From positions 19,966-83,965 of the forward strand of contig JABIDS010000009.1 of NCBI GenBank assembly GCA_018651605.1: DNA of 64,000 nt, read 5' to 3'. A model generated the notes under the pieces. The model did no database searches. It was not told the DNA's origin and worked only from the letters and a program-made list of their open reading frames with translations. The position numbers and the translations under genes were made by a program. This document shows positions 8,378-16,689 of the stretch, piece by piece; the stretch's first letter is position 1, and every line of letters begins with the position of its first letter. The DNA is from an archaeon. Lineage in GTDB: Archaea > Nanobdellota > Nanobdellia > Pacearchaeales > GW2011-AR1.

Positions 8378-10426
8378 TCACTCAATCCTACTAATCCCGT
8401 TATCTTTTTGTATTCTTATTATGTTATCTACAAAACCTTCAATTTTTTGTTCATGAGATACTAGGATGAGTTGTTCTGTGTTTAGTTGATGAAGGACATC
8501 TCGCATTTTATCTAATTGTTGGTCTGAGAATCCATCTGTTGGTTCGTCTAGGATGACTAGGTTTGATGTTTTAATGTTGCTTAATAGGGAATTGATGACT
8601 TGGTTTAAAGAGAGACGGTATGCAAGGGCTATTGCTGTTCTTTCTCCTCCGCTTAAGAATGAATAATCTAATTCGTAATCTTGTTGAGTGATTACTGGTG
8701 AAAAGTCGTCATCTAGCGAGGCTGTTAAGGAATCCGAGACAAGTGTTGAGAACCAATCTGAGAATAATGTTGAGAATTCTTGTTTTAAACTTAACATTAC
8801 TTGTTTTTCTGTGAAAAGGATGAGGTCTAGGAATTTGTTTGAAATCCAAGATTCAATGTGTTTGATTTTTTCTGCCTTGGTTTTTATTTCTTGTTTCTTT
8901 TGTATTTTTTCCTTGACTTCATTAATCTGTATTCCTAATAGTTGAATTTCTTTATTTGTTTCTGCTTTTTTTATTGCTAATTTTTCTTGATTTGTTTTTG
9001 TTTGATTTAGTTCTTCTTTTTTTGTTTTGTAAATTGTTTCATATTTGTCGTATTCTTTTATTGATTTTTCTATTGTTTCTATGTGTTTTTTTAATGTCTC
9101 TGTATCTTCATTTGTTGCTTGCATTTGTTTTTCTAAGTCTTGTATTCTTTGTTGTTTTTCTTTGATTGTTTCTAATTTTACTTTTCTAATTTCTAAGTCT
9201 GATTTTCTTTTTTTGTATTCTTCTATTGAATTTTTTATTGATTCTAATTGTTTTTCTAAATATGTTCTTTGTTTTGTTAATTGATTTATTGATTCTTGTA
9301 ATTGTTTTATTTCTTGGCTTGTTTTTTGAGATATATTTTGTTTGTAATTTTCTGAAACTTCTTGAAGGCAGGTTGGACAATTTTCTAAGTGAGATATTTT
9401 GTTTTGTAGGCTTTCTGTTTCTTGTTTTTTTGAATCTTGTGAATTTATTTTACTAACTATTTGTATGAATTCTTTTTCTAATTCTTGATGTTTGGATTCT
9501 TGGAATTTTACTCTTTGGTCTAATGCTGTGTATTCTCCTTCGTCGAATTTTAATTCTTGAGTTTCTTTTAATTGATATTGAATATTGCTAATGTTATTTT
9601 TTGTTGAAGTTATTTGTTGAGATTTTTCTCTTATTAAAAGTTCTGATTTTGATTTTTCGTTTTCTAATGTTTGTTTTTGGTTTATTTTTTCTTGAACTTC
9701 TTCAAGTGCTTTTTCTTTTTCTTTTGATTTTTCTAATGCTTGTTCGTGTTGCTGTGTTAATTGTGTTTTTAATTTTTTTAAGTCTTCTAAGTTTTGTTTT
9801 TTGTTTTCTAGGTTTTGTTTTTCTTCATCAATGTCTTGAGTAATTAATTCAAAAAGTCTTGCTTTTTCTCTTAATTTTGAAGTTAATATTGATAAATTTT
9901 CTTCTATTCTCTTATATTTGTCGATTCCAAAAACATGTCTTAATGTGTTTAGTCTTATGTCTCCTGGTTCTAGGATTATTTGTTTCATTTCTTCCTGGGG
10001 AGTGTAGACTGTGAATTTGTATAGAAGGTTTGTTTTTTTTGCGAATTCTGGAGGGTAGTTTAGTAATTTTAGAATTTTTGATTTTATTTCTGTTACAGAG
10101 CCTTCGAATTTTTCTTGGTTTATTGTTATTGATGAATAATCTTGTGTTACTGATTTTTTTGTTTTTTTAAGGGACCTTTCTATTATTATCTCTTTATTGT
10201 CTATTTCTAAATGTAGTTCTACTTTTGCTTGTTCTTGATTGGTTTTGAGAAGTGATGTTCCTTTTTGTGAGGGCTGTAGGCCGAAGAGTGCGAATTCTAT
10301 TGCAAGGAGTATTGTTGTTTTTCCTGCTCCTATGTCTCCTGATAAAAGTGTTGAACCTTGTGGGAATGTTATTGTTTGGTCTTCGTAGCTTCTTATGTTT
10401 TGGATTTGGAGGGATTTTAGTTGCAT
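8378..10426 (-). CDS. rad50: DNA double-strand break repair ATPase Rad50 (compact, 682 aa)
   Basis: Walker A GDIGAGKTTILLAIEFALFG. Long coiled coil with zinc hook CPTC. ABC signature SGGERTAIALAYRLSL. Walker B LVILDEPTDGFSD. Start overlaps the mre11 stop. Confidence 0.9.
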   Translation of the reverse strand: MQLKSLQIQNIRSYEDQTITFPQGSTLLSGDIGAGKTTILLAIEFALFGLQPSQKGTSLLKTNQEQAKVELHLEIDNKEIIIERSLKKTKKSVTQDYSSITINQEKFEGSVTEIKSKILKLLNYPPEFAKKTNLLYKFTVYTPQEEMKQIILEPGDIRLNTLRHVFGIDKYKRIEENLSILTSKLREKARLFELITQDIDEEKQNLENKKQNLEDLKKLKTQLTQQHEQALEKSKEKEKALEEVQEKINQKQTLENEKSKSELLIREKSQQITSTKNNISNIQYQLKETQELKFDEGEYTALDQRVKFQESKHQELEKEFIQIVSKINSQDSKKQETESLQNKISHLENCPTCLQEVSENYKQNISQKTSQEIKQLQESINQLTKQRTYLEKQLESIKNSIEEYKKRKSDLEIRKVKLETIKEKQQRIQDLEKQMQATNEDTETLKKHIETIEKSIKEYDKYETIYKTKKEELNQTKTNQEKLAIKKAETNKEIQLLGIQINEVKEKIQKKQEIKTKAEKIKHIESWISNKFLDLILFTEKQVMLSLKQEFSTLFSDWFSTLVSDSLTASLDDDFSPVITQQDYELDYSFLSGGERTAIALAYRLSLNQVINSLLSNIKTSNLVILDEPTDGFSDQQLDKMRDVLHQLNTEQLILVSHEQKIEGFVDNIIRIQKDNGISRIE

Positions 10427-11631
10427 TATATTTCCTCACTAAAATTTATATCCAATACCTTACCTAATCCTAAAAGCAATCTTGATTCAAAAGTTGCTGA
10501 TTTTTCGTCTTCTTGTTTTTCTAGGGTGAGGGCTTCCATGAGGGGGGAGATAAGTTTGTTGTTGTTTGAGGGGTTTTCTTTTTCATAGGTTTTAATTAAG
10601 GTTTCTTCTATTTTTTCTTTGTTGTGGTTTGGGTCGCTGAATTCTATTTGTAGGTCTTGTCTTTCTACTTCAAGTTTTGAGGTGTTTTTTAGAAATGAAT
10701 ATGCATTTTGTTTTTCTATGAAGTCTTGTATTTCTTGAAATTTTATGTCTGTGTATTTTCCTTGTTTTAATATTCCGAAAAGTTTTAAGAGGATTATTTT
10801 ATCTTTGAGTTCTCTTTTTTCTAGTTCTTTGATTATTTTTTCTGTTGCTTTAATTGCATTGTCAATTTCTATTTTGATTAGTTCTACTGGTTTTATTTTT
10901 ATTTCTTTTTTTGTTACTTTTGTGTAACCTGCGACTTCTATTATGTAAAATGCTCCTTGTTTTAGTTCTTCTAGTTCTTTGAAGTTGTTTGGGAATGTTG
11001 GTCCTCCGTAAACTGCAGGTTTGTTGTTTACTTCTTGGTTGAAGTCTATGTGGATGTGTCCTAAAGCGTAGTAGTCTGCTTGAGGGAGTTGGTCTAAGGG
11101 AATTGAGTCAATTGGTAGATTTTGTGCAGCTTCTTTGACTGTTGTGTGGAGCATCAGTATTCTGAAGTTTTCTGAATATGGCTGATTTATTTTTATTTTT
11201 CTTAATGATTCTACTTCGAGTCCTGATTTTTTTCCAGGGTATCCATAGATGTAACATTCCTTGTCTCTTATTGGTTCTAGTGTTATTTCTTGAGTTTCTT
11301 GGTTTTCTTGATATTTGCAGATTTGACAGAATCCTGCTTTTTCTAGGACGTCTAGGAATGTTTTTCCTGAGACAGAATAATCATGTGAGCCTGCGATGAT
11401 GTAGGATTTTATGTTTGCGTCTTTTAGTTTTTTGAATTCGCTGAAAGCGAATTTTAGGGTTTCTATTGATGGGAATGCTGAATCAAATAAGTCTCCTGCG
11501 AATAATATGAAATCTACTTGTTCTTCTATTGATGTATTAATTGCATAGGTGAATGATTGTCTGTTTAGTTCTTGTAGTTCTGGTTGGCGCCATCCTCCTA
11601 AGTGTGAGTCTGCTATGTGTGAGAATTTCAT
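10426..11631 (-). CDS. mre11: DNA repair nuclease Mre11 (calcineurin-like phosphoesterase)
   Basis: Motifs MKFSHIADSHLG, GDLFD and AGSHDY are typical of Mre11/SbcD. Operonic with rad50. Confidence 0.9.
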   Translation of the reverse strand: MKFSHIADSHLGGWRQPELQELNRQSFTYAINTSIEEQVDFILFAGDLFDSAFPSIETLKFAFSEFKKLKDANIKSYIIAGSHDYSVSGKTFLDVLEKAGFCQICKYQENQETQEITLEPIRDKECYIYGYPGKKSGLEVESLRKIKINQPYSENFRILMLHTTVKEAAQNLPIDSIPLDQLPQADYYALGHIHIDFNQEVNNKPAVYGGPTFPNNFKELEELKQGAFYIIEVAGYTKVTKKEIKIKPVELIKIEIDNAIKATEKIIKELEKRELKDKIILLKLFGILKQGKYTDIKFQEIQDFIEKQNAYSFLKNTSKLEVERQDLQIEFSDPNHNKEKIEETLIKTYEKENPSNNNKLISPLMEALTLEKQEDEKSATFESRLLLGLGKVLDINFSEEI

Positions 11632-11734
11632 TTTAAGGTATTTAATCGCTTTGCGATTAAGGTGTTATTTACTTTAATCATTTGGATTAAAGTTATTTTA
11701 AATTTTTAAGGATTGTTGTTGTGTGGTTTGTTTT

Positions 11735-11885
11735 GGGATCAATTCCCCTGGCGGAAAGCCGTGCTTCGCACTTTCCCTTTCCTCCCTTTTGTCTTGGTAA
11801 ATTGTTAAAGGGTTATTTTATTCAGAGAATCTATAGATTCTCTGACTCGTAAAAACGAGCCATAAGCCCCATCGTTTTTCCGATG
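11735..11885 (+). repeat. interspersed repeat family A, copy 2 (short version, with perfect 10-bp-arm palindrome)
   Basis: Blocks gcGGAAAGCCG, CACTTTCCCTTTCC, ttggtaaattgttaaaGGGTTATTTTATTCAGAG, palindrome cagagaatct/agattctctg (11823-11844), then gactcgtaaaaacgagccATAAGCCCC. Same order as in copy 1. Confidence 0.7.
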
Positions 11886-12069
11886 AAGATGAGTTTTCCT
11901 TGGTTTTTAAGGATTAATAGGTATTAGAAGGTTTATTTCATATCGATTTACCCTTTGAAAGGTGATTTAGTATATAAGTGTTGCGTTACTATTTTATAAT
12001 TAGTATATATTTGTGTTTGTGGAAGATTTGATATGTTTGGATAATCTTTTTATAATAGGTTTTCTTTAG

Positions 12070-12399
12070 ATGTTAATGGAAAAAGAAGTGAAACATTTCT
12101 TAATGATAATTGTGATTGTAATTTTGTTAGGAGTTTTTGTTTTTAATTATTTTAGTATTGGTTTTTTTAAAAGTGCTGAATATTTTTTGAATGAATGTGC
12201 TGTGGATTCGGATTGTGTGATTAGTGAGACTCGTTGTTGTCCTTGTAGTTCTAGTGGGAAGGATGTTTGTGTTTCTTTGGAAGAAGGTGAGATGTATGCT
12301 GAGGAATTGAAGGATTGTTCTAAGAATTTGCTTTGTGCTGAGGTTTTTTCCTGTGTTGTTGAAAGTTGCGGTTGTGTAAATGGGAGGTGTGTGGGATGA
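12070..12399 (+). CDS. small secreted/membrane-anchored cysteine-rich protein (109 aa), translationally coupled to downstream subtilase
   Basis: N-terminal hydrophobic stretch MIIVIVILLGVFVFNYF. 13 Cys in the C-terminal 70 aa. Its stop TGA overlaps an ATG of the subtilase ORF (ATGA at 12396-12399). Confidence 0.5.
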   Translation: MLMEKEVKHFLMIIVIVILLGVFVFNYFSIGFFKSAEYFLNECAVDSDCVISETRCCPCSSSGKDVCVSLEEGEMYAEELKDCSKNLLCAEVFSCVVESCGCVNGRCVG

Positions 12400-15140
12400 G
12401 ATTTGGTGAGAAATGTTTTGTTGTTGTTTTTATTTTTGTTAGTTTGATTTTTATTATACCTTTTTTGGTTTCAGAATCTGTGGATGAAAAAATAAGTATT
12501 GAGGTTTTGAAAGAATTTTCTGAGTTGGGTGAGAAGAATTATGGTAATGTGGGTGAGGATGATGAAAAGGTTAAAGTTGTTATCAAATTGAAAGATGTTT
12601 CTGAAGATGAATTGGAGGAGATTCTTGAGGAAGAGGTTTTAGAAGATGTTGAGGAAGATGAAGTGTATAAGAATTATATTTCTACTGAAGTTTCTTTTGA
12701 AGAGTTGGAGGTTTTGGAGGAGAATAAAGATGTGGAAATGGTTTCTGAGAATCATGTTCTGAGTGCTTTTTTGCAGGATGTTGGAGGTATTGTTAATTTT
12801 ACCATTGTTAATCCTTTGAAAGTTTCTGGTTTGAATCTAACAGGGGTTTCTAAAACTGTTTGTGTTATTGATAGTGGTGTTGATTTTACTCATCCTGATT
12901 TGGCTGGTAAGAATGATAGTTGTGTTATAGATTGTTTTAATAATAAGGCATGTGTTGAGAATTGTTCTGCGGGTGATGAGAATGGGCATGGGACGCATGT
13001 TGCAGGGATTGTTGGGGCTTCTGGGGGGATTTTTGGTGTTGCGAGCAATGTTAGTTTAATTGGTGTGAAAATATTGGATGAAAATGGTGATGGTAGTGGT
13101 TGGGATGTTGATTTAACTAGGGCTATTGATTATTGTGTTGCTCAAAATGTTGAGGTGATTACAATGAGTTTGGGAACTGCTACGTTGTATGATTCTGATT
13201 GTGCTGGTTCTATGGGTGGTTGGACAGATTCTGTTGATGCTGCTTTTGCAAATAATATTTCAATTATTGCTTCTAGTGGTAATGCTGGAAACTGGACACA
13301 TATTGCAAGTCCTGCTTGTATTGGGAATGTGACTCCTGTTGGAGGGACTAATAAAAATGATGCTATTTTTTATAATAGGAACAGCTTAGTGGATTTGGTT
13401 GCTCCAGGAGTAAGTATAAATTCTACTTATAATAATGGGGCTTATCTTGTTCAGGGTGGAACTTCTATGGCTACGCCTGTTGTTGCAGGAGCGTATGCAA
13501 TTATTTATCAGTTGTTGGATTTAACTGGAAGAATTATGAATAATTTTGAAATTGAAGAAGTGTTGAATAATACTGGGAAGACGATTAATGATGCTTCTTC
13601 TGGTTTGAGTTTTACTAGGATTGATATTTATGAGGCTGTTTTGTCGTTGGATAATATTTCTCCAAATGTTACATTAAATAGTCCTGTTGATGGGAATGTT
13701 AGTTTAATTGGTGATTTTAATTTTAGTTGTAATTATAGTGACTGGCAGTTATCTAATGTTAGTTTTTATTTATGGAATTCTAGTGGGTTGTTTTATAATG
13801 AGAGTAAGGATGTTTCTGGAATTAGTAATTCTTCTGTTTTTAATTATAGTTTTTCTGTTGAGGATGATTATTCTTGGAATTGTTTTGTGTATGATGATAA
13901 ATCTAATTTGGGTTTTGCTGATTCTAATTTTTCTTTTAGTATTGCTAATGTTGTGACGATTCTTGATTCTCCTGAGAATAATAGTTATGTTAATCAGGCT
14001 GTAAATTTTTCTTGTAATTTGACTTCTGCAGGAAGTTATATTTTGTCCAATGCTAGTTTTTATTTATGGAATTCTAGTGGGTTGTATTATAATGAGAGTA
14101 AGGATGTTTCTGGAATTAGTAATTCTTCTGTTTTTAATTATAGTTTTTCTGTGGAGGATGATTACTCTTGGAATTGTTTAGGTTTTAATAATAATTCTGA
14201 ATCTGATTGGGGAAATAATAATTTTAGTGTTGGTTATGATGTTAGTGATGTTAATGTTAGTTTGAATGGTCCTAGCGATGGTGTTTCTTATAGTTCAAAT
14301 AGTCAGAGTGTTGTTTTTTATTATAATGTTTCTGATAATAATGAAGTTGCTAATTGTAGTTTGGTTGTTGGAGGAGTTGTTAGTTCTAGTAATTTGACTA
14401 TTGATAAAAGTTCTAGTAATTTGACGTTTGTTCAGAGCTTTGTTCCTGGAACTTATAATTGGAATATTAATTGCTCTGATGATGCAGGGAATGTTGGGAA
14501 TTCTAGTTCTAGAAGTTTTACAGTTATTGCGGTTGCTTCTCCAAGTGTTTCTTCAAGTGGTGGTGGAGGGGGAGGAGGAGGAAGTTCTACTAAAACCTAT
14601 GTTCTTACTTCTGTTGAATCTTCTGAAGTTAATATTAAAAAATTAAATAAAAATGATAAGATAAAGTTTGCATTTTTTGATGAGGTTGCTGGAGAACATA
14701 TTTTAACTGTTACTAAAATTAATTCTGATTCTGTTGAGTTGGTAGTTCGTAGTGATGTGATAAATTTGAAATTAGGAATTGGACAGAGTATAAAATTAAA
14801 TTTAACTTCTCCTGATTATTATGATTTGTATTTGAAACTGAATTCTATTGTTGATGGAAAAGTGGAGTTAGTTATTCAGACAATTAATGAGAAGATTCTT
14901 AGTCATGATATTAGTATTGGTGGTAAAAGTGTGGATGATAGTGTATTAGAGGAGGATGTTAGTGATGGTGCTGATTCATTAGTTTATGAAATAGGTAAGT
15001 TAAGGTATGTTATTTTTATTTTGATTGTTATTATTGTTGTCTTTATTGTTTCTTTATTGTTTCCTAAAAAAGAAGTTACTAAACATAAATTTGGATCTAA
15101 TAAACGAGAAAGTTTTTTGAAACACTTATTAGAAATTTAA
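12396..15140 (+). CDS. subtilisin-like serine protease (peptidase S8) with repeated glycosylation-rich domains, poly-Gly linker and C-terminal TM anchor
   Basis: Catalytic triad contexts VIDSGVDFTHPD (Asp), GHGTHVAGIV (His), GGTSMATPVVAG (Ser). Signal peptide MRFGEKCFVVVFIFVSLIFIIPFL from the ATG at 12396 (the ORF track starts 30 nt earlier). Duplicated ~95-aa module (…FYLWNSSGL(F/Y)YNESKDVSGISNSSVFNYSFSVEDDYSWNC…) rich in N-x-S/T sequons. Poly-Gly tract SSGGGGGGGGSS. C-terminal TM YVIFILIVIIVVFIVSLLF. Confidence 0.85.
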   Translation: MRFGEKCFVVVFIFVSLIFIIPFLVSESVDEKISIEVLKEFSELGEKNYGNVGEDDEKVKVVIKLKDVSEDELEEILEEEVLEDVEEDEVYKNYISTEVSFEELEVLEENKDVEMVSENHVLSAFLQDVGGIVNFTIVNPLKVSGLNLTGVSKTVCVIDSGVDFTHPDLAGKNDSCVIDCFNNKACVENCSAGDENGHGTHVAGIVGASGGIFGVASNVSLIGVKILDENGDGSGWDVDLTRAIDYCVAQNVEVITMSLGTATLYDSDCAGSMGGWTDSVDAAFANNISIIASSGNAGNWTHIASPACIGNVTPVGGTNKNDAIFYNRNSLVDLVAPGVSINSTYNNGAYLVQGGTSMATPVVAGAYAIIYQLLDLTGRIMNNFEIEEVLNNTGKTINDASSGLSFTRIDIYEAVLSLDNISPNVTLNSPVDGNVSLIGDFNFSCNYSDWQLSNVSFYLWNSSGLFYNESKDVSGISNSSVFNYSFSVEDDYSWNCFVYDDKSNLGFADSNFSFSIANVVTILDSPENNSYVNQAVNFSCNLTSAGSYILSNASFYLWNSSGLYYNESKDVSGISNSSVFNYSFSVEDDYSWNCLGFNNNSESDWGNNNFSVGYDVSDVNVSLNGPSDGVSYSSNSQSVVFYYNVSDNNEVANCSLVVGGVVSSSNLTIDKSSSNLTFVQSFVPGTYNWNINCSDDAGNVGNSSSRSFTVIAVASPSVSSSGGGGGGGGSSTKTYVLTSVESSEVNIKKLNKNDKIKFAFFDEVAGEHILTVTKINSDSVELVVRSDVINLKLGIGQSIKLNLTSPDYYDLYLKLNSIVDGKVELVIQTINEKILSHDISIGGKSVDDSVLEEDVSDGADSLVYEIGKLRYVIFILIVIIVVFIVSLLFPKKEVTKHKFGSNKRESFLKHLLEI

Positions 15141-15206
15141 TTATTCAATATCTTCGGATTCGGCTTCTTCGGCCTCATTAATTTGTTGAAGTTCTGTTTC
15201 TTCCAT
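15141..15206 (-). CDS. possible micro-ORF (21 aa, acidic: MEETELQQINEAEEAESEDIE) with strong SD
   Basis: ATG at 15206 (minus) preceded by GGAGGTGAT with ~5-nt spacing. Highly acidic product, no homology inferable. Convergent with the subtilase 3' end. Confidence 0.2.
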   Translation of the reverse strand: MEETELQQINEAEEAESEDIE

Positions 15207-15356
15207 TTTATATCACCTCCTAATTTGTGAATATGATAAACTATCTTATACTTTAGGTTTTTAAAGGATTACTAAAACTTTATAAAAGAAATGTTTGAGT
15301 TTTGTTTTATAAAGGTTGCGAATGGTTTAAATAGAAGTTTTTATTGTGTGTAGGAA

Positions 15357-15902
15357 TTAATTTTTTGTTTTAATCTGATATACAAAAAGTTTTTCAAAAA
15401 ATAAAGATTGTTCTGCGAGTTTTGTTAAGGAGTAATTTAGTTCTTTGGCTTTTTGTTTTATTATCTTTGGTTGGCTTAATGAGGAGAATAGGAGGAGGAT
15501 GGTTGCATCTTTGTTAAGATAGGGTTTTGATTGTTTGAGGAATTTTAAGATTATTTCATAGCCTTGTTTTCCAGCAGTAGTGTTTAGTTGAGAGTCTTTT
15601 GGTTCTCTTTTATCTAATGGAAGATAAGGAGGGTTGAAGATTATTAGGTCAAATTTTTGTTTTGGTATTTTTGAGAAAAGGTTTGATTGGATTGTTTTGA
15701 TTTTTTTTAAATTTTTTATTGCATCCGGGTTTATGTCTGCTGCTGTTGTGTTTTTGAATCCTTGTTTGATGCAAGTTTTGGCTTGGATGCCCGAACCAGT
15801 TCCCATATCTAATATTTTTATTGTTTTAGGTTTGTTTTTTAGAAAGGTGATTAATTCTTTTTGAAGAAGGTAAGAATCTTCTGCAGGTTGGTAGATTGAC
15901 AT
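15357..15902 (-). CDS. SAM-dependent methyltransferase, HemK/Mtq2-like (NPPY-motif N5-glutamine/N6-adenine MTase family)
   Basis: Motif I ILDMGTGSGIQA. Motif IV DLIIFNPPY. Size (181 aa) and motifs fit archaeal Mtq2/HemK-like release-factor glutamine methyltransferases. Confidence 0.7.
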   Translation of the reverse strand: MSIYQPAEDSYLLQKELITFLKNKPKTIKILDMGTGSGIQAKTCIKQGFKNTTAADINPDAIKNLKKIKTIQSNLFSKIPKQKFDLIIFNPPYLPLDKREPKDSQLNTTAGKQGYEIILKFLKQSKPYLNKDATILLLFSSLSQPKIIKQKAKELNYSLTKLAEQSLFFEKLFVYQIKTKN

Positions 15903-15915
15903 GTTATGAATTGTT

Positions 15916-16152
15916 TTAATAATTATTGGAATTTTTTGAGGCCATATGTGTGTATCCTATAGCTGTAAGTGCAGATATTCCAAAGATTGCTGTTCCTGCA
16001 GGACCTCCATTTTCTTGTGCAATCATTCCCCCTCCTAGAACTCCTGCTGAAATTATTAAAATTGGTAAGGACTTATCTATTATTGATTTTAATTTAGATG
16101 TTTCTTGGGTTCTTGAATTCATAGAAGTTTCTAAATTGTTATATGATTTCAT
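15916..16152 (-). CDS. hypothetical small membrane protein (78 aa)
   Basis: ORF with a Gly/Ala-rich hydrophobic segment (LPILIISAGVLGGGMIAQ…). Weak support. Confidence 0.25.
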   Translation of the reverse strand: MKSYNNLETSMNSRTQETSKLKSIIDKSLPILIISAGVLGGGMIAQENGGPAGTAIFGISALTAIGYTHMASKNSNNY

Positions 16153-16204
16153 TGTTTTAAGAAGGATATAAAGTATTTAAATTTTGTTGAAATTTTTTAG
16201 AAGC

Positions 16205-16681
16205 TTAACCAAATATGCCTATTAGTTTATCCTTAAATAAAATACTTGCACCTAGAACTCCTAAGAGAGTTACTAAAATTATCATGAGGAGAATTTCTTT
16301 TATCCAATAACTTTTTTTTGTTTTCTTTTTTGGATGAATTATCGGAGGTAGTTGACGAATTTCTGGTTTCTGTATGGGTTCTGGTTTTTGTGCTATTTCG
16401 TTTTTAATACTTTGTATTTCTTGTTTAGTTTGTGCTATTGAATTTGTTTGAGGTGTTGTTGGTGGGGCTTGGGTATTGAATATTCTTTTTTTCTCAGGCA
16501 TGAGTAAGTGTTCTCCTGGTTTTGTTTCTAATGATGAGATAACTCCTGAGCTTACGTATCTTGATGCATCTTTGACTTCCCTAGGATTATAACCTGAATT
16601 TATTAATACTTGGATAGAAGTTTCTAAATGCTCTCCTCTATTTATTCCATTTCTTAACGCAGTTATTATGTCTTCGTTCAT
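16205..16681 (-). CDS. hypothetical protein with C-terminal TM anchor and Pro/Gln-rich linker
   Basis: 158-aa ORF. C-terminal hydrophobic helix ILLMIILVTLLGVLGASILF. No recognisable catalytic motif. Confidence 0.45.
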   Translation of the reverse strand: MNEDIITALRNGINRGEHLETSIQVLINSGYNPREVKDASRYVSSGVISSLETKPGEHLLMPEKKRIFNTQAPPTTPQTNSIAQTKQEIQSIKNEIAQKPEPIQKPEIRQLPPIIHPKKKTKKSYWIKEILLMIILVTLLGVLGASILFKDKLIGIFG

Positions 16682-16689
16682 GTTTGTGT

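Noticed and set aside
8688-10439. Multiple 60-85-aa ORFs antisense or out of frame within rad50 (8688..8945, 8956..9165, 9045..9284, 9186..9380, 9226..9456, 9601..9843, 10194..10439, 10252..10467)
   Set aside because: Embedded in a well-supported rad50 gene. Products are F/L/I homopolymer-like, produced by the AT-rich coiled-coil coding region.
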